The notes beneath the pieces are model-generated. The model did not search any database and had not been told where the DNA came from. It saw only the letters and a program-made list of their open reading frames with translations. A stretch of 64,000 nucleotides of DNA from Limnothrix sp. BL-A-16. GTDB lineage: Bacteria > Cyanobacteriota > Cyanobacteriia > CACIAM-69d. Below are positions 33,663-44,339 of the stretch, piece after piece. The DNA lies in contig CP166615.1 of the NCBI GenBank assembly GCA_041937175.2, forward strand, positions 2,240,001-2,304,000, written 5' to 3'. The position numbers and the translations under genes are program-made. Each line of letters begins with the position of its first letter. Positions within the stretch are counted from its first letter, which is position 1.

Positions 33663-34865
33663 TCAGGCGATGCTGTTGCGTTTGCGGGCTTCCTTGTAGG
33701 AAGTGCCAATGTTGCTAAGGCCAGCCTTCACCATTTCCCGCTCCAGCAAGGAGAAAAACCGGCTGCGATCGCTCCCACGCACCACCGCTTGATTGTGGGC
33801 CTCGGCCAGGGCGATCGGGTAACCATAGCCCTTTTGCACCTGACTGAGAATCAAACTCAAGGCCTGGTTCAACAAGGCCCGATCGGTCGCCACCCACTCC
33901 GGCATTTCGACCCGCGCCACCTCGGTTCCCACATGCAGGTAACAGAAATAGATGCGGTGGCGGCCATAGTCCTCCAGGACACGAGCGTTCGATCGCCACA
34001 GGGGCCCCCGCTCGCCCGACTCCAGCAACACCGACCAAAGGGCCGCATCCCGCAGCGGTTTCAGCCGGTTACAAGGGGCCTCATCAGCCCGCCCAGGACA
34101 GTGGGTTTTGCAATCGGGCGTGATTTGATTGCAAGTTTTGAGCCGGAAAAAGTTAGCCGCCTCGCCGCTGCGGGGAGCGCTTAGGTAGCTGACGAGGGGA
34201 ATGCCCGCCAATCGCAACCGTTCCCAGGCGGCCAGGATCGGCGGCAAAATTCGATCGACCGCTGTGCTCGGCATTCGATCGAGAAACCAATAGATCAGTG
34301 AGCCATCCACCATGGCCAGCGTGGGCGGTGCGTCTTTGCTGTTGCCAGTGGTGATGCTGTGGGCTAAATCCGTGCCCAAATCCGCCAGGGCTTCCGCCTC
34401 GGCCACGGTGCGCCGATGGCCCATCCAATCTTCGGTGCTGATTCCCCACTGGCGGGAAATGTAGAGGTCTTCGGGTTTGTAAAAAATTTCCGGCAAACTA
34501 TCTAGCATGGGATAGCGCTTTTGGCCGTAGTGCAGGGCCACGCGCCCGGTGTTGATCAAATAGCAATAGGCGATTTCGTGGTGACTGGGGGCAATTTGGG
34601 AACCATCGGTGGCGATCAAGCTGTGGGCGATCGGGGCGGGGCCGATGGATTCACGCCTGTCCAAGGGTTCGATCGGCTCGGCCGCCACAAATTCCAGGCG
34701 ATCGCGCCATTGGTGAAGCTGCCCCACCCAATAGTCCTGTTCCGGCTGCACCTGGGCTAGCAACTCTTGGGCGATCGTCAGCCGTTGGCGTGCCGCTCGT
34801 GACTCCTGGGTGAGCTGTTGCCCCATGCCCTGCATTTGTTTGGAAAGCTTTACCAGATCCAGCAC
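33663..34865 (-). CDS. nurA: NurA-domain nuclease
   Basis: ATDGSQ, MVDGSL, GYPIALAEAHNQA motifs. Confidence 0.85.
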   Translation of the reverse strand: MLDLVKLSKQMQGMGQQLTQESRAARQRLTIAQELLAQVQPEQDYWVGQLHQWRDRLEFVAAEPIEPLDRRESIGPAPIAHSLIATDGSQIAPSHHEIAYCYLINTGRVALHYGQKRYPMLDSLPEIFYKPEDLYISRQWGISTEDWMGHRRTVAEAEALADLGTDLAHSITTGNSKDAPPTLAMVDGSLIYWFLDRMPSTAVDRILPPILAAWERLRLAGIPLVSYLSAPRSGEAANFFRLKTCNQITPDCKTHCPGRADEAPCNRLKPLRDAALWSVLLESGERGPLWRSNARVLEDYGRHRIYFCYLHVGTEVARVEMPEWVATDRALLNQALSLILSQVQKGYGYPIALAEAHNQAVVRGSDRSRFFSLLEREMVKAGLSNIGTSYKEARKRNSIA

Positions 34866-34999
34866 AGCCCGCTCTCAATTCCGTTTGAATGCTATTGATT
34901 TGAATGCTATTTAAACAATGGTTGAATCCCGCAAGAATTGCAAATTACAAATCAAGCGACGCACTACAAATTAAGTCATTAGCTTAAGTCATTAAATTA

Positions 35000-35126
35000 G
35001 AGGATGTCTGAGAAGTATCTTTCAGTACGGGCTAAAGATTAATTGTCGTAGAAGGGGCTTGAGCATCTTGTCTACATCGATCTCTGGGGCGTACAGAGTA
35101 GCAATTTTGGCTTTTCAGACATCCTC
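35000..35126 (+). mobile_element. MITE family C (127 bp), TSD TTA
   Basis: TIR GAGGATGTCTGAGAAG / CTTTTCAGACATCCTC, TTA on both flanks; degenerate palindrome at 35051-35070. Confidence 0.88.
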
Positions 35127-35136
35127 TTAGGTCATT

Positions 35137-36048
35137 GTGATGGAAAACCTGTCAGCACTATGGTCAACGATCGCCCGAGCCATTCGAGAACAGGGCGGCG
35201 GTTCAGCGGAGTCGCCCGCAGCCCGATCGGTCGGTGGCGGTTGCATTAACCAAACCTATCGCCTGAGTTTTGGCGATGCTGCCAACGCTCCCGTTTACTT
35301 TGTCAAGCTGAATCAGGCCAGCGGTCTGGAAATGTTCGCCGCCGAAGCCGCAGCCCTCCGAGACCTAGCTGCCGCCCAAGCCATTAAAGTGCCCCAGCCC
35401 CTCTGCTATGGCCAAGCGGGCGATCGCGCCTATTTGGTTTTGGAGTGGCTGGAGCTGGGCCGTGGCAACCACGAAGCTTGGGCCCAATTGGGGCGAAATT
35501 TAGCTCAGTTGCACCGTTGGCAGCCGGTCTCCGGTCAACGGGCCTTCGGGTGGTGGCGAGGCAACACGATCGGCTCCACCCCCCAACCGAACGATTGGGC
35601 CGATGATTGGGTCACCTTTTGGACAGAACGGCGCATTGGGTTTCAGTTGCAGTTGGCCCAACGGCGTGGCGGTCATTTCCCCGAGGCCGATCGCCTGTTG
35701 GCCGCCATTCCCCGCTTGCTGAAGGGACATCGGCCCCAACCTGCCTTGCTCCATGGGGATTTGTGGTCGGGTAATGCGGCGGTGATGGTGGATGGCACAC
35801 CCGTGATCTTTGACCCGGCAACCTATTGGGGCGATCGGGAGGCCGATTTGGCCATGACTGAATTATTTGGCGGCTTTCCCAACAGCTTCTATCAAGGTTA
35901 TGGTGAAGTGAATCCCCTGGAATCAGGTTATGAAATCCGCAAAGATCTTTACAATCTTTACCATATCTTGAATCACTTTAATCTATTTGGCGGTGGCTAT
36001 GGTAGCCAAGCCAATGGCATGATTCATCGGCTTTTAAAAGATTGTTAA
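35137..36048 (+). CDS. Fructosamine kinase family protein
   Basis: VGGGCIN, NTIGSTPQ, LHGDLWSGN, FDPATYWGDREADLAM, YHILNHFNLFG. Confidence 0.92.
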   Translation: MMENLSALWSTIARAIREQGGGSAESPAARSVGGGCINQTYRLSFGDAANAPVYFVKLNQASGLEMFAAEAAALRDLAAAQAIKVPQPLCYGQAGDRAYLVLEWLELGRGNHEAWAQLGRNLAQLHRWQPVSGQRAFGWWRGNTIGSTPQPNDWADDWVTFWTERRIGFQLQLAQRRGGHFPEADRLLAAIPRLLKGHRPQPALLHGDLWSGNAAVMVDGTPVIFDPATYWGDREADLAMTELFGGFPNSFYQGYGEVNPLESGYEIRKDLYNLYHILNHFNLFGGGYGSQANGMIHRLLKDC

Positions 36049-36407
36049 TTCCTGAGGGGTTTGAAAAATCTGGGCCATGATAGGGATGCGATCCATGATT
36101 CTGGATCAGTAGCAGTCCTGAAGCAGGATTTTGAAAGATCCAAACCCAAATCACTTCACGCCAGGCAACCTCAATCAAGACTCGATAAAATTCACTGACC
36201 ATCTTCCAATCATTTCATTCTCTTGGCAGAGGAGCAACTTTGCTCGGAAATCAATAGCGAAAATGAATAAATTTGGCTAGGAAAGACTGAATTTGAAAAT
36301 GGCTTATGGATGATTTTCGCATCGCTTTGGCAAGCTAATTGGGCGAACTTAGGAGATGGATATTTCAGGACTCCAAAGTTAGCGCTTAATGACTCCATGG
36401 AGGATTC

Positions 36408-36426
36408 ATATCCCCTCGGTAGGGAT
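36408..36426. promoter_or_regulatory. Candidate CsoR/RcnR (InrS-like) operator
   Basis: ATATCCCCTCGGTAGGGAT, i.e. ATCCC-N7-GGGAT, about 70 bp upstream of the Ni/Co ECF operon. Confidence 0.4.
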
Positions 36427-36494
36427 TGTTTTCTGGGGCTGACCTTGTTTTTTTGGAATGGCAATCTGTTGTGTGATTAACGCTGGCTGGTTTC

Positions 36495-37427
36495 ATGCAT
36501 ATTCCTGACGGTTTTGTTTCAGTGCCCGTGGCAACGGTCACATCGGCGGCCGCGATCGGGGCGATCGCCCTGTCCTTGGTGCGAACCCGATCGACCTACG
36601 GCCTCAAGCAGGGGCCAATTTTGGGGCTAACCACGGCTTTCGTCTTTGCAGCTCAGATGGTGAACTTCCCTGTCACTGGCGGCACAAGCGGCCACCTGCT
36701 GGGGGGAACGCTGGCGGCCGTGTTGATGGGTAACCCCTGGGCGGGAACCCTCTCAATCACCACAGTCCTGCTGATTCAGGCGGTGTTGTTTGCCGATGGC
36801 GGCATCACAGCCCTGGGAGCCAACATTCTGAATATGGCCGTCTTGGGGGTCTGGACGGGCTGGATTTTGACCCAGGTGATTCAGCGCCTGCTCGGGGGAT
36901 CCCAGCGACGGTTACCGCTCGCGGCCGGCATTGCAGCGGGGCTGAGTGTGGTGGTGGCGGCGATCGCCTGTGCGATCGAGCTGGTGCTATCCGGGACGGC
37001 GGCCTTTCAGCTCGCCGTGCCCGCCATGGCCGGAGTGCATATCCTGATTGGCTTGGGCGAAGGGATCATCACTGCTGGTGTCATTGGCTATTTGACCAAG
37101 GCCCGCCCCGATCTGCTGCCGGGAGCCAAGCCGCGTTTGGAACAGTGGCAAGGGCCGGTGATCGGCGTGCTGCTGGTGGCGGGGGTGCTGTCTTTGTTGG
37201 CATCTTCCTGGCCCGACGGCTTGGAAAAGGTGGCGGAAGATTTGGGCTTTATTCGGCTCGCGGAAGAGGTGCGAATTACCGTGCCTACGCCCTTTGCGGA
37301 CTATGGCATTGAAGGATTGGGGCCCTTGGGCACAACCATTACGGGGTTGTTGGGCAGTGTGGTTTCCTTTGGTGCAGCCTTCGGGATCGCTAAGTTGGTG
37401 CAACCCAAACGAGCTGAAGAGTCGTGA
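36495..37427 (+). CDS. cbiM: Ni/Co ECF transporter S component CbiM/NikM fused to PDGLE (NikN-like) domain
   Basis: N-terminal MHIPDG, GTSGHLLGG, ADGGITALGAN, C-terminal PDGLE. Confidence 0.92.
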   Translation: MHIPDGFVSVPVATVTSAAAIGAIALSLVRTRSTYGLKQGPILGLTTAFVFAAQMVNFPVTGGTSGHLLGGTLAAVLMGNPWAGTLSITTVLLIQAVLFADGGITALGANILNMAVLGVWTGWILTQVIQRLLGGSQRRLPLAAGIAAGLSVVVAAIACAIELVLSGTAAFQLAVPAMAGVHILIGLGEGIITAGVIGYLTKARPDLLPGAKPRLEQWQGPVIGVLLVAGVLSLLASSWPDGLEKVAEDLGFIRLAEEVRITVPTPFADYGIEGLGPLGTTITGLLGSVVSFGAAFGIAKLVQPKRAEES

Positions 37428-38134
37428 TTGAAATCAGCCTGAATGCCAATCGCCAATCAACATGGGGTTCGGAGCGATCGACTCCGGGCCCGGCCCTGGT
37501 GGTGTTGCGGTTGCGGTTGGCTCTGATTTGGGTGTTGGGGGCTGCTTGCTTGCGGGTGGGAGCTTGGGCCCCGTTGGCGGTCTATGGCGGCTTGGCGATC
37601 GCCTGGGTCTGCTGGTTGCGGGTTCCGGCGCGATCGCTCCTGGGTTTGTTGGGGGCAGAACTGTTGTTTCTGAGCCTGGCGGCCTTGCCCCACGGTTGGG
37701 AACGGGCCAGCTTTCTGATGGTGCGATCGCTGGTTTGCCTGCTGTTGATGAATGGGGTGTTGTTGACCCTGCCGCCCCATAGTTTGGCGATCGCCTTGAA
37801 AAGTTTGCCGCTGCCGGCTGCGTTGCGAGAAACGGCTCTGTTGGCGGGGCAATACCTGGAAATTGTGATCGACGAGGTGCAACGGATGCAGCGGGCGGCA
37901 GCCTGTCGGGGGCTGTCGGGGCCGGGCGGCTGGTTGCGCTATGTCAGCGCCGCTACCATCGGCTCTCTGTATTTGCGTAGTCTCGATCGGGCTGAGCGGG
38001 TCTATGCGGCCATGGTGGTTCGGGGCTATGGGGGAACCTTGCCCCTGTTGCACCCCAGCCCGCCACACCATCGCTGGTGGCTGTGGGGCGCGGCGGTGGG
38101 GGCCGCTGGTCTGGCGATCGGCTCCTACGGTTGA
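37424..38134 (+). CDS. cbiQ: ECF transporter T component
   Basis: Hydrophobic; RSLDRAERVYAAMVVRG motif; 4-bp overlap with cbiM. Confidence 0.88.
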   Translation: MIEISLNANRQSTWGSERSTPGPALVVLRLRLALIWVLGAACLRVGAWAPLAVYGGLAIAWVCWLRVPARSLLGLLGAELLFLSLAALPHGWERASFLMVRSLVCLLLMNGVLLTLPPHSLAIALKSLPLPAALRETALLAGQYLEIVIDEVQRMQRAAACRGLSGPGGWLRYVSAATIGSLYLRSLDRAERVYAAMVVRGYGGTLPLLHPSPPHHRWWLWGAAVGAAGLAIGSYG

Positions 38135-38257
38135 GTAAGGTTTTGGCGCAAGGTTGGGGCGACTCCAGCGGGTGCTGGTTTGGCGCTTCTGCTCCCATCC
38201 CCTTAAGGTTGAGCAAGCAGGAATCAAGTTCGATCGCATGGCCGCCGCAACAGTTTC

Positions 38258-39016
38258 ATGACCCTTTTTTCTGAATGCGAGCTTGATCGCGCTGAATTGT
38301 CGGCCGCCGTTTTGGTGCAAGATTTGCAATTTGCCTATCCCCAACAGCCGCCGGTTTTGCAGGGGATTTCCTTTGCGTTGGAGCCGGGCGATCGGGTGGC
38401 TCTGTTGGGGCCCACCGGTTGCGGCAAAAGCACCCTCTTGGAGCAACTGATTGGCCTGAAGCAACCGAGCCGGGGCGCTGTGTGGATTGGGGGAACTCGG
38501 GTGGAACCGCGCACCCTGCCCACCATTCGCCGCCGATTGGGCTTTTGTTTCCAGGATGCCAACGACCAATTGTTTATGCCGACCATCTTGGAAGATGTGA
38601 TGTTTGGGCCGCTGAATTATGGCATCCCGATCGCCCAGGCCAAGAACCAAGCCAGGGAACTCCTAGCCCGTTTTGATCTGTTGGCTTTTGAGGGGCGATC
38701 GGCCCATGAACTTTCGGGGGGGCAGCGGCGGTTGGCGGCCTTGGCGGCTGTGCTGGCCCTGGAGCCGGCCATTTTGGTGTTGGATGAGCCAACCACGGGC
38801 CTCGATCCCCGGTGGCGACGATCGCTCGCTCAGGTTTTGGAAACCTTGCCCATTCAATCGCTGATTGTGGCTTCCCATGACTTGCAATGGATTGGCAAAA
38901 CCACCCATCGAGCCTTGATTTTGTCCCATGGCCGAATCCGAGAAGATCGACCCACGGCGGAATTATTGGGCGATCGGGCGCTGTTGGAATCCTACGATTT
39001 GCCGCTGGATTATTAG
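38258..39016 (+). CDS. cbiO: ECF transporter ATPase
   Basis: GPTGCGKST, FQDANDQLF, LSGGQ, LDEPT. Confidence 0.9.
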   Translation: MTLFSECELDRAELSAAVLVQDLQFAYPQQPPVLQGISFALEPGDRVALLGPTGCGKSTLLEQLIGLKQPSRGAVWIGGTRVEPRTLPTIRRRLGFCFQDANDQLFMPTILEDVMFGPLNYGIPIAQAKNQARELLARFDLLAFEGRSAHELSGGQRRLAALAAVLALEPAILVLDEPTTGLDPRWRRSLAQVLETLPIQSLIVASHDLQWIGKTTHRALILSHGRIREDRPTAELLGDRALLESYDLPLDY

Positions 39017-39056
39017 CAAAATCATGGGCGAAATTGCGAACAACCAATATCTCGAA

Positions 39057-39719
39057 TTATTCGGATGACTCTGCTGGATTTCCAAAAAGGTCTGACAGGG
39101 CGATCGATTCGTCGGGAAAGGCCAAGCAAGCGGCTCGATCGGCAGCGGTGAGAGTGAATTTGGTTTGATAGCCCTCAGGACTCGGATCGCGATAAACCTC
39201 GAGTTTTTTGTGCTCTAAATCCACTAGCCAAAACTCGCCAATCCCCGATCGCGCGTAGAGCGGCCCTTTGACCGCGCGATCATATTTGGCGGTGAAATCT
39301 GCCACCTCAATCAGCAACAGCACATTGCTGGGTTTAGGGCCATAGCTGGCATAAAAATCATCTGCCCGTTCCAACAGCACCAAGTCTGGCTGAGGCTGCG
39401 AATCTTCACCCAAATTGAGCGGATTTTTAACACTCACGATCGCTCTTTTTTGGAGCGACAATACCCAATCCCGGGCCAATCGATTGATACAAGCAGCATG
39501 TTGTGGGCTAGTTGAAATCAGATTCAGAACAATGCCGTGAATGAGTTCGGTATAGACTTCGGGCCCAAGAATGCCTGTTTCGTAAAGACGCTCGTACTCT
39601 GCGATCGTGAATCTATAGATTTGCTCGGGTGCGATGGATTGCAGCGACAAGCGGTTAATCGATTCGGTTGTTGATTGGCTAGGCGGGCAAATTTGGCTCG
39701 TAAAATTATTTTTTGCCAC
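39057..39719 (-). CDS. Uma2-family putative endonuclease
   Basis: ELIHG, PQPDL, LLIEVAD, YDRAVK..LYAR.GI.EFWLVD; start uncertain. Confidence 0.88.
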   Translation of the reverse strand: MAKNNFTSQICPPSQSTTESINRLSLQSIAPEQIYRFTIAEYERLYETGILGPEVYTELIHGIVLNLISTSPQHAACINRLARDWVLSLQKRAIVSVKNPLNLGEDSQPQPDLVLLERADDFYASYGPKPSNVLLLIEVADFTAKYDRAVKGPLYARSGIGEFWLVDLEHKKLEVYRDPSPEGYQTKFTLTAADRAACLAFPDESIALSDLFGNPAESSE

Positions 39720-42483
39720 TCCTTGTAGCTCCGCGATTCATTTTTCTGGTCGTGGGTTTTCGTTGAGCAATGGGGAGTAGAGGACTCGTCAGTTTTTCAT
39801 AGCATTCAAAGAGATATTGAATGCGACTTGACTCGCTAGTGAACGGTTGCGATCGGTAACATAAATCGACAGCTTTATCAAGTTTCTGATGAGCTTTCAT
39901 CAGATCAGCAGGCATAGTTAAAGGGTCGTATAAATTGGCAAGGCTGCTCTCAGGATATTTTGCTCTGGTATCCAACACCGCTTGAGCACAGGCTTCAATA
40001 GCTTGTTTTTGCTTACCAGTAGGAGTTTTGGGAAAGGGAAAGTTATTGTAAACAATGTATTTTGAGTAACGAAAACGCCCCTCTAATCTACCACAAACAT
40101 ATCTAGTCCATGCCATATGCATCTCAGAAGTCAAGATGCCAAATAGCAAAAGATCTGCATTGGCAATAATGAACAGCAAATCACTAGATAGCGTATGTGC
40201 ATCAAGAAAGCCAATAGGAATATACTTGCGTCTTTCGCTAGAAGCTTTTGGAATAACTAGATATTCTGATGCAGGTATATTTTCAACATGAAAACGTGTT
40301 GGCGTTAATGCTAATTTCTGAGTGGGGAGACTTGCCCTCGCCAATCTATAGCTTTTGACAGATTCAATTCTTTGCAAAACATGGGGCATTTTTTTTAATT
40401 CATTAGGAGGACAATCACCTAACCACAAACACCATCTCTCATAATTATTAATAAATTCATCAAACCCCAACCATTTCCTAAACCACTTTTCAGAGCCAGG
40501 CTCAATCTTAATAAATTCTTCTTTCTCAACCGTTGTAAACAGATAGTATCCACCATCAATTGGTTTATTTCCAATTCCAATCTGAGGAACATCACACAAA
40601 GGTAATCTTCGTCTAGGGAGAGCTATATCGTTGCCATCTGCAAGATATGGGTTAATATTTTTAGCCTTTACTTCTAATGGCTCGCCTTTAATATTTTCAT
40701 ATTCAAACAAGCGCTTTTCTGAAGCATTAAAATTAGCAAACCCAATAATTACACAGTACACAGCCGCGCTTTTTTTAGCTTCATTTGACCATTTAAAGGT
40801 TTGATGAGCGAAGTGAATTTTAATGTTGTATGTGCTAAATAAAACATTCCAAAGGATTCCAGCTTGCTCTCCTTGAGAAATTGAGTTTGTACTTACAAAA
40901 GCAACTTTAATATTTGATGCTTGGATCAATTCTGCTGCCTTAATATACCAAGCTGAAACATAATCTATTACGCCTGCGCCCTTGGCTTTCTTAAACAGTG
41001 CCAACAAATCTTCTCTCTGAACCTTAGTCATCATCTTCGATCCCACAAAAGGCGGATTTCCTAAAATGAAACTGAGCTTTTCTTTGGGTAAAATGTCTTC
41101 CCAGTTCATCCGCAATGCATTCCCATGGACAATCTTCACTGATTTTTTGAGTGGCAAACGCACAAAATATTGACCAAAAGTGTTGCTCACCTTCATATTC
41201 ATCTGGTGATCAATTAGCCACATTGCCACTTCTGCTACTCGTACCGGAAACTCATCATATTCAATGCCTGCAAATTGATCCACATCTACTTGAATAATCG
41301 AACCAATATCTGTCACCAATTGTCCTGTCTTATTTAATTCCTGTAATACCAAAATCTCTAGATCACGTAGTTCTCGATAGGTAATCACTAAAAAATTACC
41401 GCAACCACAGGCGGGATCAAGAAAGTGTAAGTTGGCAATTTTTTTGTGAAATTCTAATAGTCCATTACGACTTCCTTTAATTTTCTCAAATTCCGTGTAT
41501 AGATCATCTAACAACAATGGTTTAATAACTCTTTGAATATTTTTCTCGGAGGTATAGTGCGCCCCCAAATTGCGTCGTTTCTTTGAATCCATCACTGCTT
41601 GAAACATAGATCCAAAAATAGCAGGTGAAATTTTTCCCCAATCAAAAGCACAGGCTTCTAGCAACATTAATCGCATCTTGCTATCGAAAGCCGCCAAAAG
41701 TAATGGCTCTTCAAATAGCTTGCCATTCACATAGGGAAATTGAGTTAAATTTTCATCCAGATTTTTTAAGCGTCTTTCTTCTGGCGTATTCAAAACCTGA
41801 AAGATGGAAGCAAGGTGCATTGCCAGATCACTGCCATCTTCTTTTGTGTGCAGATCAATATATTCTCGAAAAATACCTTTATTGAAAATACCTGTATCGT
41901 CTGCAAATAAACAAAACAGCAGCCGCACAAGATAGACTTCTAAATCATGACCCATATAACCAATTTCTTTGAGGCAGTCATGAAATTTTCCCATCAATTC
42001 GGCTGCTTCGATATTAACTGGATCGCTGTCCTTATAGACTCGCTTTTCGTATCCTGCAATGAAGTCAAATAGGTGAATATTTTGAGCAAATTCATCCAGT
42101 CCGAACTCTGACTGATGACCTAAATCTAGGTCGTATAATTTAAATCTTTGAAAATCCGAGACTAGAATATATCGTGGCAATTCATGTTCTTTTAAATTTG
42201 GAAAATAATCCTTAGCCTGCTGCGTTGCTCTTTCTAAGTCCTTGCTTCTTGATTTATGCTCAACTAAAATCATTCCTTTCCATAGCAAATCGATAAAGCC
42301 TTGCTTGTTATCTGCTTTTTTAACGGGTTGCTCAAAACTAGCTACCCTACGTCGCGAAATTCCAAAGACATTAAAAAAATCATTCCAAAAAGATTGGGCT
42401 TCAGCTTTTTCTGAAGTCTCTCCTTCCCACTCTTTTTGAAAAATAATCGCCCGACTTTTGATTTCATTCCAGCTTAAGGGCAT
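39706..42483 (-). CDS. MmeI-like type IIL restriction-modification enzyme (nuclease + N6-adenine MTase + TRD)
   Basis: 925 aa; ID..W.G..LVEHKS PD-(D/E)xK, GAHYT, FLDPACGCGNF, GNPPF, C-terminal YNNFPFP..LANLYDP; markedly AT-rich. Confidence 0.9.
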   Translation of the reverse strand: MPLSWNEIKSRAIIFQKEWEGETSEKAEAQSFWNDFFNVFGISRRRVASFEQPVKKADNKQGFIDLLWKGMILVEHKSRSKDLERATQQAKDYFPNLKEHELPRYILVSDFQRFKLYDLDLGHQSEFGLDEFAQNIHLFDFIAGYEKRVYKDSDPVNIEAAELMGKFHDCLKEIGYMGHDLEVYLVRLLFCLFADDTGIFNKGIFREYIDLHTKEDGSDLAMHLASIFQVLNTPEERRLKNLDENLTQFPYVNGKLFEEPLLLAAFDSKMRLMLLEACAFDWGKISPAIFGSMFQAVMDSKKRRNLGAHYTSEKNIQRVIKPLLLDDLYTEFEKIKGSRNGLLEFHKKIANLHFLDPACGCGNFLVITYRELRDLEILVLQELNKTGQLVTDIGSIIQVDVDQFAGIEYDEFPVRVAEVAMWLIDHQMNMKVSNTFGQYFVRLPLKKSVKIVHGNALRMNWEDILPKEKLSFILGNPPFVGSKMMTKVQREDLLALFKKAKGAGVIDYVSAWYIKAAELIQASNIKVAFVSTNSISQGEQAGILWNVLFSTYNIKIHFAHQTFKWSNEAKKSAAVYCVIIGFANFNASEKRLFEYENIKGEPLEVKAKNINPYLADGNDIALPRRRLPLCDVPQIGIGNKPIDGGYYLFTTVEKEEFIKIEPGSEKWFRKWLGFDEFINNYERWCLWLGDCPPNELKKMPHVLQRIESVKSYRLARASLPTQKLALTPTRFHVENIPASEYLVIPKASSERRKYIPIGFLDAHTLSSDLLFIIANADLLLFGILTSEMHMAWTRYVCGRLEGRFRYSKYIVYNNFPFPKTPTGKQKQAIEACAQAVLDTRAKYPESSLANLYDPLTMPADLMKAHQKLDKAVDLCYRSQPFTSESSRIQYLFECYEKLTSPLLPIAQRKPTTRKMNRGATRSGKK

Positions 42484-42811
42484 GGTTTCAAGTCCTGATT
42501 TATTCTTGACAAAGCAATCTCAAGTGACTTTTTTAGTACAACGTGAGAAGGCTAATTCTATGATTATAAGGGTTTTCGAGATTCAATCAACCATTAAATT
42601 GTATTTTGTTATGTGTTTTAATTTCAGAGCCTCAATAGGCTCGCTCGTATCCTGCCGTCAAATGCGGCAAGCTGCAAAGTTTTTTCCAAGTCGATTGCAA
42701 AACTAGCCCAATCGATCGAGCCAGGGCAGTCAGCCGATCGCCCCGCACCAGGGCCGCGAACCGTTACAATCGAGACCGCTCTAACAAGACCCTTTAGCCC
42801 CCAAAATCATC

Positions 42812-44260
42812 GTGTCCGTTCGCGTTCGCCTCGCCCCTAGCCCCACCGGAAACCTCCACATCGGCACGGCCCGCACCGCCGTTTTTAACTGGCTTTATGC
42901 TCGTCACACGGGTGGTACCTTCGTGCTGCGGATTGAAGACACCGACACCGAGCGATCGCGGCCCGAATTTGAAGCCAACATCCTCGAAGGCCTGCAATGG
43001 CTGGGCATGAACTGGGATGAAGGCCCCTTCTACCAGTCCAAGCGCAATGAGTTTTACAAGCAAGCGATCCAAACCCTGCTCGACAAGGGCTTGGCCTACC
43101 GCTGCTACACCACGCCCGAAGAATTGGACAAACTGCGCGAGGGCCAAAAAGCCCGCAACGAAGCGCCCCGCTACGACAACCGCCACCGCAACTTAACCCC
43201 CGAGCAGGAAGCTGCCTTCATTGCCGAAGGTCGCCAGCCGGTGATTCGCTTCAAAATTGACGATAAGCGGACGATCGCTTGGAACGATCGGGTGCGGGGC
43301 ACGGTCACTTGGAAAGGCTTTGACCTAGGCGGCGATATGGTGGTGGCCCGGGCGGCCGGCATCGATGATGTGGGCCAACCGCTCTACAACCTGGCCGTGG
43401 TGGTCGATGACATTGATATGCAAATCACCCACGTGATTCGCGGCGAAGACCACATCGCCAACACCGCCAAGCAAATTTTGCTCTACGAAGCCCTGGGCGC
43501 AACGGTTCCCGAGTTTGCCCACACGCCGCTGATTTTGAACCGAGAAGGGCGCAAGCTCTCGAAGCGGGACGGGGCCACCTCGGTTTCGGAATTTCGCAAT
43601 ATGGGCTATTTGTCCGAGGCGATCGCCAACTACATGACCCTGTTGGGTTGGGCCCCGCCGGAAGGGATGGAAGAAGTCTTTTCCCTGGAGCAAGCGGCGG
43701 CCCAGTTTGAGATCGATCGCGTCAACAAGGCGGGCGCGAAGTTCGATTGGGACAAGCTGAACTGGCTGAACGCCCAATATCTGCACAAGATGCCGCCGGC
43801 CGAGCTGCTCGATCGCCTGATTCCCTACTGGCAAGGTGCGGGCTACAGCTTTGACTCCGTAGCCGATCGCCCCTGGCTGGAGGCCTTGGCGGGTCTGCTG
43901 GCCACGGCGATCGTCCGGTTGGATCAAGCGCCCGAGGCGGCCAAGCTGTTCTTTAGCGAAACGGTGGACTACACCGACGAAGCCCGCGCCCAACTGGCCC
44001 AGGCCGGTGGCGCGGAAATCCTGGCGGCCCTGGCGGAGGGACTCAGCGATCAGCCCTTAGATCACGACGCGGCCATGGCACTGATTAATCAGGTGGTGAA
44101 GTCCACGGGCACGAAGAAGGGCCAGGTGATGCGGACGCTGCGGGCCACCCTGATGGGGGCGATGCAGGGGCCGGAGATGGTTCCCACTTGGCAGATCTTG
44201 AACCAACGCGGGTTCGATCGCGCCCGGATTGCGGCGGGCCAGGCGATCGCCCAGCCGTAG
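42812..44260 (+). CDS. gltX: Glutamate--tRNA ligase
   Basis: [27 protein letters not shown]. Confidence 0.97.
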   Translation: MSVRVRLAPSPTGNLHIGTARTAVFNWLYARHTGGTFVLRIEDTDTERSRPEFEANILEGLQWLGMNWDEGPFYQSKRNEFYKQAIQTLLDKGLAYRCYTTPEELDKLREGQKARNEAPRYDNRHRNLTPEQEAAFIAEGRQPVIRFKIDDKRTIAWNDRVRGTVTWKGFDLGGDMVVARAAGIDDVGQPLYNLAVVVDDIDMQITHVIRGEDHIANTAKQILLYEALGATVPEFAHTPLILNREGRKLSKRDGATSVSEFRNMGYLSEAIANYMTLLGWAPPEGMEEVFSLEQAAAQFEIDRVNKAGAKFDWDKLNWLNAQYLHKMPPAELLDRLIPYWQGAGYSFDSVADRPWLEALAGLLATAIVRLDQAPEAAKLFFSETVDYTDEARAQLAQAGGAEILAALAEGLSDQPLDHDAAMALINQVVKSTGTKKGQVMRTLRATLMGAMQGPEMVPTWQILNQRGFDRARIAAGQAIAQP

Positions 44261-44275
44261 ATCCCAGCAGGGTGG

Positions 44276-44295
44276 CAAGGGGCTGAAGCCCCTTG
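44276..44295. repeat. Free-standing REP-like palindrome
   Basis: CAAGGGGCTGAAGCCCCTTG, 15 bp after the gltX stop. Confidence 0.85.
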
Positions 44296-44339
44296 TCTTT
44301 GGTTCCCTGTCCACAGATGGGATGGCCCCGCAAGCCCTA

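Noticed and set aside
36050..36494. Cobalamin riboswitch upstream of cbiMQO-like genes
   Set aside because: No recognisable B12-box or GGGAA/GCCACTG elements.
37457..38650. Long antisense ORFs (also 803-1549, 30785-31774, 32311-33324, 50014-51078, 63113-63916)
   Set aside because: Shadow frames opposite well-supported genes in GC-rich DNA, with no recognisable motifs.
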